A stretch of DNA of 63,136 nt from a virus (Duplodnaviria; Caudoviricetes). Numbering within the stretch: the first letter of the stretch is position 1; every line of letters starts with the position of its first letter. The DNA is taken from IMG/VR virus record IMGVR_UViG_3300036770_007416, positions 1 to 63,136 of that record; one strand, 5' to 3'. Under the pieces are notes generated by a model. That model worked only from the letters and a program-made list of their open reading frames with translations, was not told where the DNA came from and made no database searches. Of the stretch, positions 39,480 to 49,012 are shown piece by piece. A program made the position numbers and the translations under genes.

Positions 39480-40357
39480 AAACTAAATTTATTACATGTA
39501 TTTACAGTGACCTAAACGGTACTGAATTAGGAGGAAGACCTGGCAGAGGAGGACATTATAGATGGAGTTTAATGTCCTTACTTAAAATGACTGATGCAGA
39601 TTTTGTTTGTTACACTTCTGATAGAGAGTACGAATCACTCATTGAGTTTTTTTATAATATGCACAATGTTTCACCTCAAAAATTGGAAATCAAGGTTTTT
39701 GACATTACAAAAACACGACACGCAAAAAGACTCAATGAAATAAAACAAGTCGATTTGATTAAGTGGGGTGATAGATGTTTAGAAATACAATATGCGAAAT
39801 TTGAATGGTTTGATTATGAAGATGGTTCGTATGACAACTATTTTTGGATTGATGCTGGTCTATCACATACAGGTTTAATTCCAAACAAATATTTGATTGG
39901 CACCCATCCTGAAAGGAGATATTACGATTCAACTTTGTTTAACAATGAATTTTTGAAAAACTTAATAGAATTCACTGGTGATAAATTTTTCATGATAGCA
40001 AAAGATAATGAAAGAAATTATTGGTCAGGCACTGTAGACCCCAAATGGTACAATCAATACGACAGGTCCTTACACGTTGTTGGGGGTTTGTTTGGGGGAA
40101 AAAGAGAACAATGGAGACAAATGGTAGATTTATTTGACAATTATCTGTCACAAATAATGGAAGTAGATAGTCAACACCCTTATGAGGAATTGATTATGAC
40201 TTTGATATTTTTCAATCATCCTGATTTGATTAGTAAAAAGTTATTTGACGTTTGGTGGTCTCCTGACTCTGGCATAAGTGGTTTACAAGAAGATTTCTTT
40301 ATTATTAACAGAAGTTTCTATAAAATATTTGAAGAGTTTAATGGAATATATGAATAA
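39476..40357 (+). CDS. HtrL/YibB-like putative glycosyltransferase
   Basis: YFWIDAGL, VGGLFGG, YEELIM; paralogous to the N-domain of the next gene. Confidence 0.6.
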   Translation: MKTKFITCIYSDLNGTELGGRPGRGGHYRWSLMSLLKMTDADFVCYTSDREYESLIEFFYNMHNVSPQKLEIKVFDITKTRHAKRLNEIKQVDLIKWGDRCLEIQYAKFEWFDYEDGSYDNYFWIDAGLSHTGLIPNKYLIGTHPERRYYDSTLFNNEFLKNLIEFTGDKFFMIAKDNERNYWSGTVDPKWYNQYDRSLHVVGGLFGGKREQWRQMVDLFDNYLSQIMEVDSQHPYEELIMTLIFFNHPDLISKKLFDVWWSPDSGISGLQEDFFIINRSFYKIFEEFNGIYE

Positions 40358-42020
40358 GGTAACTTTTGTAACGGGACTTTGGAACATAAAAAGGGACCAA
40401 CTCTCAGAGGGTTGGTCTCGCTCATTTGAGCATTATTTGGAAAAGTTTGACCAACTTCTAAAAATAGAAGCAAACCTTATCATATTTGGTGAAAAGGAAT
40501 TAGAAGATTTTGTGTGGGAAAGAAGAAATCGTGAAAACACACAGTTTATTGTTCGTTCAACAGATTGGTTTGTCAATGACTTCCACACAAAAATACAATC
40601 AATTAGAACAAACCCCGATTGGTACAATCAATCAGGTTGGTTACCAGAATCAACCCAAGCAAGACTTGAGATGTACAATCCACTTGTTATGTCTAAAATG
40701 TTTTTACTTAATGATGCTCGAATCTTTGATAATTTTGATTCATCCCATCTTTTTTGGCTTGATGCCGGTATAACAAACACTGTACATCCTGGTTATTTTA
40801 CTCACGATAAGATTCATGAAAAATTTGACAAGTTGTTTAATAAATTTGGATTTATTGCGTTTCCTTATGATGCCGAGAGAGAAATACATGGATTTTCATA
40901 CCCCAAAATAAATCAATATGCGGGTGGAAATGTAAAGTTGGTTTGTCGGGGAGGAATTTTTGGTGGTACTAAAGATTCTATCAGTGATGTGAACGGGATT
41001 TACTACAATGTGATGAACCAAACACTGAACGATGGTTACATGGGTACTGAAGAATCTTTGTTCAGTATTCTTCTCTACAGACACCCCGATATTTTTGATT
41101 ACTACGAAATTGAGTCCAACGGACTAATTGGTAAATTTTGTGAGGATGTGAAAAACGATACTCATAAAGTAAAAAATATACAAGGAAAAACATCTTATTC
41201 AGATTTGAAGTTTGACAATAGTGCTCTATATGTAATAACATTTAACAGTCCAAAACAATTCGAGACACTCTTGAAATCCATGGAGTTATATGATAGAAAC
41301 TTTATTGATAAACCCAAAAAGTTTTTATTGGATAACTCATCAGATTTGACAACTACGGAAAGGTACATTGAATTGTGTGAGGAATATGGATTTGAGCACG
41401 TAAAGAAAGATAATTTAGGAATTTGTGGTGGTCGTCAATGGATTGCAGAACACTCTCACGAAAACAAATTTGATTTTTATTGGTTCTTCGAAGATGATAT
41501 GTTTTTCTACGGAGGACAGGACCAAGTTTGTAAAAACGGATTTATTAGAAAAATTGATGATTTGTACAACAAATCTCTTCAGATTACGAAGAATCACTCC
41601 TTGGATTTTCTGAAACTTAATTTTACAGAATTTTACGGAGACAATGGTACCCAATGGTCATGGTACAATGTACCCCAAAACGTCAGGGAGGAATATTGGC
41701 CCGAAAAACCTACATTACCAGTTCAAGGTTTGGACCCGAATGCTCCACGAACGAAGTTCAATGAAATCAGGTCATACAAAGGTGTTGCATTTGGAATTGG
41801 TGAAGTTTATTATTGTAACTGGCCACAAGTTGTCACAAAGTATGGTAACGAAAAAATGTTTTTGACAACAAAATGGGACAGACCTTTTGAACAAACATGG
41901 ATGAGTTACATTTATCAAGAAACTAAAAAAGATAATATCAAACCAGGTTTGTTGATGGCAACACCCACCGAACACGATAGATTTGAATTCTACGATGGAA
42001 AACTAAGAAAAGAGTCCTAA
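40350..42020 (+). CDS. HtrL/YibB-like domain fused to a GT-A-like domain
   Basis: TFVTGLWNI, SKMFLL, FWLDAG, GGIFGG, TEE; C-domain LLDNS, NLGICGGR, FFEDD. Start placed at MNKVTF. Confidence 0.65.
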   Translation: MNKVTFVTGLWNIKRDQLSEGWSRSFEHYLEKFDQLLKIEANLIIFGEKELEDFVWERRNRENTQFIVRSTDWFVNDFHTKIQSIRTNPDWYNQSGWLPESTQARLEMYNPLVMSKMFLLNDARIFDNFDSSHLFWLDAGITNTVHPGYFTHDKIHEKFDKLFNKFGFIAFPYDAEREIHGFSYPKINQYAGGNVKLVCRGGIFGGTKDSISDVNGIYYNVMNQTLNDGYMGTEESLFSILLYRHPDIFDYYEIESNGLIGKFCEDVKNDTHKVKNIQGKTSYSDLKFDNSALYVITFNSPKQFETLLKSMELYDRNFIDKPKKFLLDNSSDLTTTERYIELCEEYGFEHVKKDNLGICGGRQWIAEHSHENKFDFYWFFEDDMFFYGGQDQVCKNGFIRKIDDLYNKSLQITKNHSLDFLKLNFTEFYGDNGTQWSWYNVPQNVREEYWPEKPTLPVQGLDPNAPRTKFNEIRSYKGVAFGIGEVYYCNWPQVVTKYGNEKMFLTTKWDRPFEQTWMSYIYQETKKDNIKPGLLMATPTEHDRFEFYDGKLRKES

Positions 42021-42038
42021 CAAAGTATTTATCTTTGT

Positions 42039-42437
42039 ATGGAATTTTTTATTAGAAAGAATGCAACACTACCTGTACTTAAAATGCAAGTAGTTCAAGA
42101 TGGACGTAGTAGTTATGGTGACACCATGGAATTTTTGGAACTATCCACCATTTTCTTTTCGATGGTCAACGTTCAAACAGGTATTCCCAAAATTGTTGGT
42201 GCCCCTTGTTCGATTGTAAGTCTAATTCCAAATGAGTTGGGTGCTCCTGTAGAATATTACATATATTACCAATTTACCACACGAAACACTGACACACCTG
42301 GTAGGTACCAAGGTCAATTCTTAATCAAGAACACTGGTTTACTCGGAACTCAACAAGGAAGTTTAATAGTTCCAATACGAGAGGAGCTCTACATTAACGT
42401 AGAGGATAGTTTTATTTCAGAACAAGCTTGTTGTTAA
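42039..42437 (+). CDS. BppU-like Ig-fold virion protein
   Basis: FFIRKNATLP..YQF...TDTPGRYQGQF..IVP..L.INV; TATTTAT at 42026. Confidence 0.55.
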   Translation: MEFFIRKNATLPVLKMQVVQDGRSSYGDTMEFLELSTIFFSMVNVQTGIPKIVGAPCSIVSLIPNELGAPVEYYIYYQFTTRNTDTPGRYQGQFLIKNTGLLGTQQGSLIVPIREELYINVEDSFISEQACC

Positions 42438-42522
42438 TTTGACTCACAGACTTTAGTCTTTTATATTTATCATTGAATGAGTAAGACAAATTCCACAAGG
42501 TGTGGAAGATAATGTGTCACTC
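42438..42522 (+). promoter_or_regulatory. DNA polymerase promoter and structured 5' leader
   Basis: TTTG-N20-TATATTTA (42438-42469) followed by an extended hairpin at 42479-42522. Confidence 0.55.
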
Positions 42523-42539
42523 GGTAAAATATTGAAAAT

Positions 42540-45341
42540 ATGATTGACGAAGAAGTTATCAAGTCATTCTTAGAGGGTAATGACCCTGAAGAATTTATCG
42601 TGGCGTGTGAGTTTGACTACGTCTCTGATTCCATTTACAAAATCAAGGAAATTCCTGGCAAAGGAAAAGAAATACGAAAGGATACGTTTATCCCTTTCTG
42701 TTGGGTTGGTGATTTACACAACATGGGATTTTACAAAGATTCCAAAGGATTACAAAAAGAGGCGATGACAAAACATGGAATTGTCATTACAAAATTAGAT
42801 ACCCACGGTGACCCCCGAATGGAAAAAGGGTTAACTTATATGGTTAAGTCTTTGAAGGGTTACCGAAGTCTAATTCAGTTTTTTCGTGAGGGTGGAGCAG
42901 ACCCTTGGGGAGATAAGTTCCGAGAAAAAATTCTTATTCTCCCCCCCGTCGAACAATACTTTATCTCCAAAGAAAAACGTCTTTTCAAAGGATATGAGGA
43001 CTATGATGAGGTAACTCGGCTTGTATATGACTTGGAGACCACCTCACTCGAACCTAAAGACGGACGCATCTTCATGATTGGTATCAGAACCAACAAGGGG
43101 TTCAATAAGATTATCGAATGTATCAATGAGGAGGACGAAAAAAAGGGTATCTTAGAATTTTTTGATATTATCAATCAAATCAAACCAAGTATTATCGGTG
43201 GATACAATTCGGCAAACTTTGACTGGTATTGGATTTTTGAACGTTGTCGTATCTTGGGTATCGAAATACGTAAGGTTGTTAAGTCACTTCACCCACAACA
43301 TTCCATTTCTCAGAAGAAAAACATTCTCAAATTAGCTAACGAAGTTGAGGATTACATGCAAACCTCGATTTGGGGTTACAATGTAATTGATATTATCCAT
43401 GCTGTTAGACGAGCTCAAGCCATCAACTCGTCAATCAAGTCTGCGGGTCTGAAATATATTTCTGAATTTATCAATGCGAAGGAACCCGACCGAGTTTATA
43501 TCAACCACGATAGTATCGGTAAGATGTATACGGAGAAAGAAGAGTATTGGCTCAACCTTAAGAATGGTGAGTATCGTAAAAAGGGTTCTTTTGAAGATTT
43601 GGACAAGAAGTTTCCTGACACTTATTTGTTGACAAACGGTGCAGATATCGTTGAACGATATCTTCAAGATGACTTGGAGGAAACTTTGAAGGTTGACAAG
43701 GAATTCAATCAAGGTTCTTTTCTTCTTGCTGCGATGATTCCGACAACGTATGAGAGAGTTTCAACTATGGGAACTGCAACCCTTTGGAAGATGCTTATGC
43801 TTGCTTGGAGTTATAAAAACAATTTGGCAATTCCCGCTAAACAAAGTAAAACAGATTTTGTTGGTGGGCTTTCTCGACTTCTTAAGGTTGGGTACTCTAA
43901 AGACGTACTCAAACTTGACTTCTCTTCCCTGTATCCATCTATTCAGTTGGTGCACGATGTATTTCCACAATGTGATGTGACAGGTGCGATGAAGGGGATG
44001 CTCAAATACTTCCGAGATACCCGTATCAAGTACAAAGAATTGGCTGAGGAATATTACGAAATAGATAGAAAAAAATCCGAATCTTTCGGAAACAAACAAC
44101 TTCCCATCAAAATCTTTATTAACTCGATGTTCGGTGCACTATCAGCACCACAGGTGTTTGCATGGGGGGATATGTATATGGGTGAACAAATCACTTGTAC
44201 AGGTCGACAATATCTTCGTCAGATGATTAAGTTTTTTATGGCTCGTGGGTATACCCCCCTTGTTATGGACACGGATGGTGTAAACTTCTCACTTCCTGAG
44301 GGTGCGACCGAACGAAAGTATGTTGGTCGAGGCTTGAATTGGAAAGTCAAAGAGGGTAAAGTTTACGAAGGGGCTGAAGCGGACGTGGCCGAATACAACG
44401 ATATTTTTATGAGAGGGGAAATGGCTTTGGACACAGATGGTGTTTGGCCTTCGTGTATTAACCTTGCTCGTAAGAACTATGCGGTTATGGATTACAAGGG
44501 TAAGATTAAACTTACTGGTAATTCAATCAAGTCAAAGAAACTTCCTGGATACATTGAAAAGTTTTTGGATATGGGGATTAAGATGTTATTGGAGGGTAAG
44601 GGTAAAGAGTTCGTAGATTACTATTACGAATACTTGGAGAAGATTTACAATCAACAGATTCCTCTTGCTCAGATTGCTCAAAAGGCTAAGGTTAAGCAAA
44701 CCCTTCAGGATTATAAAGTTCGTTGTACACAGACCACAAAAGCGGGGTCTTTGATGTCAAGACAAGCCCACATGGAGTTGGCAATTCACCACAAGATGAA
44801 TGTCAACTTGGGGGACGTAATTATGTACGTCAATAATGGGGAGAAAGCTTCTCATGGTGATGTTCAAAAAGTCCCAGCAAAAAAGTATTCTGACTTACAA
44901 CGTAAAAGACATTTTGATAAAACAGGAGAAGTTCTTCAGGATGTCGAATCAAGAATCCAACTTAATTGTTACATTTTGGACCCTGCAGAATTGGAACAAA
45001 ATCCTGACATGACAGGGGATTACAATGTCGCTCGTGCGGTTACCACCTTCAACAAACGTATTGAACCTTTGTTGGTTTGTTTCAAGGACGATGTTAGAAA
45101 CAATCTTATTGTAAACAACCCTGAGGACATGGGTATCTTCACCGCTAGTCAGTGTGAACTAATAAACGGATATCCGATGGGACCTGGTGACCAAGATGAA
45201 CTTGACGAGGTTATGACTATGTCTGATGGTGAAATCAAATACTGGGAAAAACGAGGTCTTTCATCGGATTACATGTACGATTTGGCGGAAGAAGGTTGGG
45301 AGCAGTATATTTACCAATATGAAACTGAAACACATAGTTAA
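42540..45341 (+). CDS. polB: family B DNA polymerase
   Basis: ExoI YDLET, ExoII GYNSANFD, motif A DFSSLYPS, motif B KIFINSMFG, motif C DTDG. Confidence 0.95.
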   Translation: MIDEEVIKSFLEGNDPEEFIVACEFDYVSDSIYKIKEIPGKGKEIRKDTFIPFCWVGDLHNMGFYKDSKGLQKEAMTKHGIVITKLDTHGDPRMEKGLTYMVKSLKGYRSLIQFFREGGADPWGDKFREKILILPPVEQYFISKEKRLFKGYEDYDEVTRLVYDLETTSLEPKDGRIFMIGIRTNKGFNKIIECINEEDEKKGILEFFDIINQIKPSIIGGYNSANFDWYWIFERCRILGIEIRKVVKSLHPQHSISQKKNILKLANEVEDYMQTSIWGYNVIDIIHAVRRAQAINSSIKSAGLKYISEFINAKEPDRVYINHDSIGKMYTEKEEYWLNLKNGEYRKKGSFEDLDKKFPDTYLLTNGADIVERYLQDDLEETLKVDKEFNQGSFLLAAMIPTTYERVSTMGTATLWKMLMLAWSYKNNLAIPAKQSKTDFVGGLSRLLKVGYSKDVLKLDFSSLYPSIQLVHDVFPQCDVTGAMKGMLKYFRDTRIKYKELAEEYYEIDRKKSESFGNKQLPIKIFINSMFGALSAPQVFAWGDMYMGEQITCTGRQYLRQMIKFFMARGYTPLVMDTDGVNFSLPEGATERKYVGRGLNWKVKEGKVYEGAEADVAEYNDIFMRGEMALDTDGVWPSCINLARKNYAVMDYKGKIKLTGNSIKSKKLPGYIEKFLDMGIKMLLEGKGKEFVDYYYEYLEKIYNQQIPLAQIAQKAKVKQTLQDYKVRCTQTTKAGSLMSRQAHMELAIHHKMNVNLGDVIMYVNNGEKASHGDVQKVPAKKYSDLQRKRHFDKTGEVLQDVESRIQLNCYILDPAELEQNPDMTGDYNVARAVTTFNKRIEPLLVCFKDDVRNNLIVNNPEDMGIFTASQCELINGYPMGPGDQDELDEVMTMSDGEIKYWEKRGLSSDYMYDLAEEGWEQYIYQYETETHS

Positions 45342-45606
45342 CCTGTCTGTTGACAACCCTGATGCAGACTTTTGGATTATTCGTCGTGGTAATGCCCGTC
45401 AAGTTGGTCGACCTACTCGTGAATATTCTCCCGAACATATTGGGGTAACAGTAACTCGTCCTGACTTGGTTTTGTCTGATTATCTTTTCTATGTTTTTGA
45501 GTTCTTGGCAAACAACGGAGTTTTTACCGAAATTGCTCAAGGAACCACGGGTCTAAAAAGTATCAGTATAAAAGATTTGAAGAATATTCCTCTTAAGACT
45601 GCTTAA
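45319..45606 (+). CDS. small protein resembling a type I R-M specificity (HsdS TRD) fragment
   Basis: Start moved to ATG 45319 (95 aa); DYLFYVF..GVF..AQGTTGLKSISIKDLKNIPL; promoter-like TTTG-N21-TATATTTA at 45281-45313. Confidence 0.5.
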   Translation: MKLKHIVNLSVDNPDADFWIIRRGNARQVGRPTREYSPEHIGVTVTRPDLVLSDYLFYVFEFLANNGVFTEIAQGTTGLKSISIKDLKNIPLKTA

Positions 45607-45928
45607 GTCCGTCTGAAGATATAATATACCAAGTTCCGGCACAGAAACGGAATTCTACACATGCACCTTTGTCAATTAGAATTTCATCATATTCTTCATC
45701 AATTTTTCCCATATCAGGAATAATAAGGACTTTAGTCATAGCTTTGATTACTGTGTGGTCTGTGGAAAGGCTATCTAATCTTACTTTTGAGGAGTTTACA
45801 CCTCTTATTACAATACAGGCTTCTCCGTGGGTTTCATAAAAAGGTTCTGAAACAACAGCGGTCTCTGAGGTGGTAATTATTTTACCATTAATTATTCTTT
45901 GTGAGGGGGTGTTTTTGATTACTGACAT
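45593..45928 (-). CDS. hypothetical beta-rich protein
   Basis: 111 aa ORF downstream of the neck gene. Confidence 0.55.
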   Translation of the reverse strand: MSVIKNTPSQRIINGKIITTSETAVVSEPFYETHGEACIVIRGVNSSKVRLDSLSTDHTVIKAMTKVLIIPDMGKIDEEYDEILIDKGACVEFRFCAGTWYIISSDGLKQS

Positions 45929-45932
45929 GGTT

Positions 45933-46310
45933 CTATACTTCTACAGATACTGTGAAATTTATTTTTTTGGTTTCGTCTTTCATAGTTGCTACAATATCTG
46001 TAACCATGACCCCAACAAAACCTGAGGTTTGGTATGTCCCGTCTTGTTTGAATTTTCCCTGAATGTCGAAATAATACTTCACAAATAAAAGTTCCAAAAA
46101 ATCTAACTGCGAGTTGATTTCTTTGAATTGTTCTCGAAGTTCAAGTCCGTCAAAATAACTTTTGGATTCAATATCACATTCATATCCCAAAATTTTGTCT
46201 CCTTGGGAACTTATCCAAAATTTTTTTATTTCAAACTTAGTGTCTGGGTTTTCTTTTTTACCCTTCAAATCCAACAAGTGTTGAAACACTTCCATCATTT
46301 TTTCTTTCAT
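45933..46310 (-). CDS. hypothetical protein
   Basis: 125 aa ORF filling the gap between two minus-strand genes. Confidence 0.55.
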   Translation of the reverse strand: MKEKMMEVFQHLLDLKGKKENPDTKFEIKKFWISSQGDKILGYECDIESKSYFDGLELREQFKEINSQLDFLELLFVKYYFDIQGKFKQDGTYQTSGFVGVMVTDIVATMKDETKKINFTVSVEV

Positions 46311-46311
46311 G

Positions 46312-47430
46312 TTATATCACATAAATTTGACGAGGCATTGCCCTGAACTTCATTTGTTTGTTGAGGTTTTCTGCCAAAAGTGCTTCTTTCTCCATTTGTT
46401 TTTCAGGACGTAATCTTTCCAACCTGAGTTTCAATTCTTCCTCTAACTTACTTTTTTCGTCTTTCGCTTCTGTTTGTAAAGACGCATAGTCCATCTGAAC
46501 TTCACTATCAGGTGTTTTAAGATTTCCGCTGAACTTACCTCTGACTCGAGCTAATGTTTCTTTAGCGTATGCGGTAAACCATTTTCTCACCCACTGTTGT
46601 GCAGGTACATTCAAATCTTCCCAACTAAGTTCCTCAATAGGAACATCTGATGGTAACTTTATTATATCAGGATTATCCTTAATACATTGGGCTCTACTGT
46701 CTCCGTCTACGTCATAGTACCAATACCATACAGCTTTACCAGTGTATTCTGAGTAGTTACTCCAAGAAAAGTTTGAACCAGGTGCGTTGTATAGTGTAAC
46801 CAACCTTTTTCCATCAGGAAGACCCGTGATTTTATAGGTCAACGCACCACCGAGAATTCTATTCAAGATGTTTGCCTCTTGATATCTGAGTAAGTAATCG
46901 AAACCACTTAACATAAAGTAAGAACCCGCAGTTCCTATTTGAGCATAACCAGCTTGGTTGGCACCTAATCCTAAACCACCGAATCCATAGTCAGTTGTAC
47001 CCCAAAGAGCTAAGTTTTGGAATGGTTGGTTAGAGAACCACAGAAGTTCGTTAATTTCTCTTCCTGCAGGAATTTCGTAAGATTGTGTATTGGCACTCAG
47101 GACAAAATAGTCTTTTTTCAAAACGTATGGACCAGTTGTCTGAAGTCCAACAATCTTAGAATATGCATAAGTAAATTGATTCTCAAGGTTGAAAGTACGA
47201 GTCACAAGTGCTCGTGCAACTGATTGTTCTTTCATGTTGAGGTTAACCAAGTTAACCCAATTCGATTCAATCAACCAATCAAGAGTGTATTGTTCGTAAT
47301 CTTGAATGGATAATTCCATCAAGGAATCTAACATATCATCTTCCAATTCAACTGACCTCAAGGGTGCACCGAGTTGGTGACGAAGTCTTGTATAAATTCT
47401 TGTTCTTTCGGGTTCAGGTATTACAGCCAT
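46312..47430 (-). CDS. neck/head-tail adaptor protein (T4 gp13-like)
   Basis: RLRHQLGAPLRSVELEDD, WVRKWFTAYAKETLARVRGKF; TATTTATA 3 nt before the ATG. Confidence 0.8.
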   Translation of the reverse strand: MAVIPEPERTRIYTRLRHQLGAPLRSVELEDDMLDSLMELSIQDYEQYTLDWLIESNWVNLVNLNMKEQSVARALVTRTFNLENQFTYAYSKIVGLQTTGPYVLKKDYFVLSANTQSYEIPAGREINELLWFSNQPFQNLALWGTTDYGFGGLGLGANQAGYAQIGTAGSYFMLSGFDYLLRYQEANILNRILGGALTYKITGLPDGKRLVTLYNAPGSNFSWSNYSEYTGKAVWYWYYDVDGDSRAQCIKDNPDIIKLPSDVPIEELSWEDLNVPAQQWVRKWFTAYAKETLARVRGKFSGNLKTPDSEVQMDYASLQTEAKDEKSKLEEELKLRLERLRPEKQMEKEALLAENLNKQMKFRAMPRQIYVI

Positions 47431-47447
47431 ACCTATAAATACCTCGA

Positions 47448-48974
47448 TTATTTCAAATCGTAGAGAAGTGACTTTTTGTTAAAAACGTAATTACCGTCGA
47501 CGATTTTTGATTTGTTTTCGAAAACAACAACTTTTCTACCTTTGACAAAAACCATCCAATCAACGTTGTATTTCGCGACTTCTCCTGTTTTGGTTATCAT
47601 CAATTCATCGTTACGTTCCAAAATTTCATCGAATCCTTTTACTTGAGCGGTTTTTTTCACACCCTCAATTACGATTTCCATATCAATTTTTTTCACTGCG
47701 TCAATTACTTTTCCCCCACCCGCAGTCTGAATAATTTTCGCATTAGGTAGTGACTCTTGAAGTCTTACCGCCGCTGTTTTTTCTCTACGGTTTCCTATGT
47801 TACCTTTTTCTTTGAGGGTATTCATAAGGGAATGAAACGTTTGACTGTTTGTATCGAATATTCTTGTCTGGTATTTTTCAATGTAGTCACACATTCTTTT
47901 CATTTCCTCAATCTGAGTCTCGGTGTCTGTTGTAGCAAAATTCAGAGGTTTTTGTCCAAGTGTTTTGGTTATTACTCTGTTGAGGTCTCTTGCCATTATA
48001 CAAGCCGCCGAATAGTTTGTATTCAGGTAGTTGATAACACTATGACCAGGTTTTTCCAAATCAAAAACACCAGGTAGGTTCCCCCCCTCTTTTTTGGTGT
48101 GGTAGTTGTCTGCAAACATTGACCTTAGAACTTGGTCGATTGTTGTTCTGTATAGTGAACGGGCGATTGAATTGTAATTGAAAAGATTTCTGAAAACTTC
48201 AATTTCACTTCTCGAACATGCTTCTGATTTTGATTCCATTAGGATTGATTCTAACTCTTTGGTTTCTAATAATTTTGTCTGTGTTTTAACAAGATACATA
48301 CCCTCAACAAAATCCCAATTGACGACGGTCCAAAAGTTTTTGATGTATTCATCTCTTTTGTTTTTGTATTTGAGGTAATATGCATGTTCCCACAAATCTA
48401 AGCCCAAAAGTGGATATCCGCCGCCTTCGATAATGTTCATAAGTGGATTATCTTGATTGGGGGTGGACATGATTTTCAGAGTACCTTTGTTGGTCAGCAC
48501 AAGCCACACCCACCCTGAACCAAATCTTTGTTTGGCAATCTCTTCAAATTGTTTTTTGAATTTTTCGTAAGTGCCGAAGTCTTTTTTAATTTTCAGAAGT
48601 AGTTCCTTCCCAATTCTTTGTGGGTTGGGTGAGAGCATGTTCCAAAAAAGTGCGTGGTTGAATGCTCCCCCTGCGTTATCTCGGATGGCTTTGGGGTACC
48701 TTGAAATGTTTCTGACTATTTTTTCAAGTTCGTGGTCTCCTTTTCTTTTACTCAAAAGAGTATTGAGTTTATCTACGTAACCTTTGTAATGTTTGTTGTA
48801 GTGAACGTTCATTGTTTCTGAGTCAATGAATCTTTTCACTGCGGAATAACTATAGGGTAGTTTTTCGATTCCTATTTTTTTCCCTTCAATCAGTAAATTT
48901 TTGGCAGTTTCTCTTTTTTGTTCGTGGAGGATTTGTGTTTCTATTTTTTTCACCTCTTCTTGTATATGTTGCAT
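47448..48974 (-). CDS. sodA: Mn/Fe superoxide dismutase fused to a C-terminal PD-(D/E)xK-like domain
   Basis: LPYSY, HYNKH, GGAFNHALFW, FGSGWVWL, NQDNP, DLWEHAYY; C-terminal GNRREK..IDM..AQVK..VDWMVF. Confidence 0.85.
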   Translation of the reverse strand: MQHIQEEVKKIETQILHEQKRETAKNLLIEGKKIGIEKLPYSYSAVKRFIDSETMNVHYNKHYKGYVDKLNTLLSKRKGDHELEKIVRNISRYPKAIRDNAGGAFNHALFWNMLSPNPQRIGKELLLKIKKDFGTYEKFKKQFEEIAKQRFGSGWVWLVLTNKGTLKIMSTPNQDNPLMNIIEGGGYPLLGLDLWEHAYYLKYKNKRDEYIKNFWTVVNWDFVEGMYLVKTQTKLLETKELESILMESKSEACSRSEIEVFRNLFNYNSIARSLYRTTIDQVLRSMFADNYHTKKEGGNLPGVFDLEKPGHSVINYLNTNYSAACIMARDLNRVITKTLGQKPLNFATTDTETQIEEMKRMCDYIEKYQTRIFDTNSQTFHSLMNTLKEKGNIGNRREKTAAVRLQESLPNAKIIQTAGGGKVIDAVKKIDMEIVIEGVKKTAQVKGFDEILERNDELMITKTGEVAKYNVDWMVFVKGRKVVVFENKSKIVDGNYVFNKKSLLYDLK

Positions 48975-49012
48975 CGTTAATATTTTTTCTATAAATAATA
49001 GAAAGCAACCGA

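Noticed and set aside
42540-45341. Intein or intron in the DNA polymerase
   Set aside because: All motifs are in order within 933 aa, with no splice-junction motif or large insertion.
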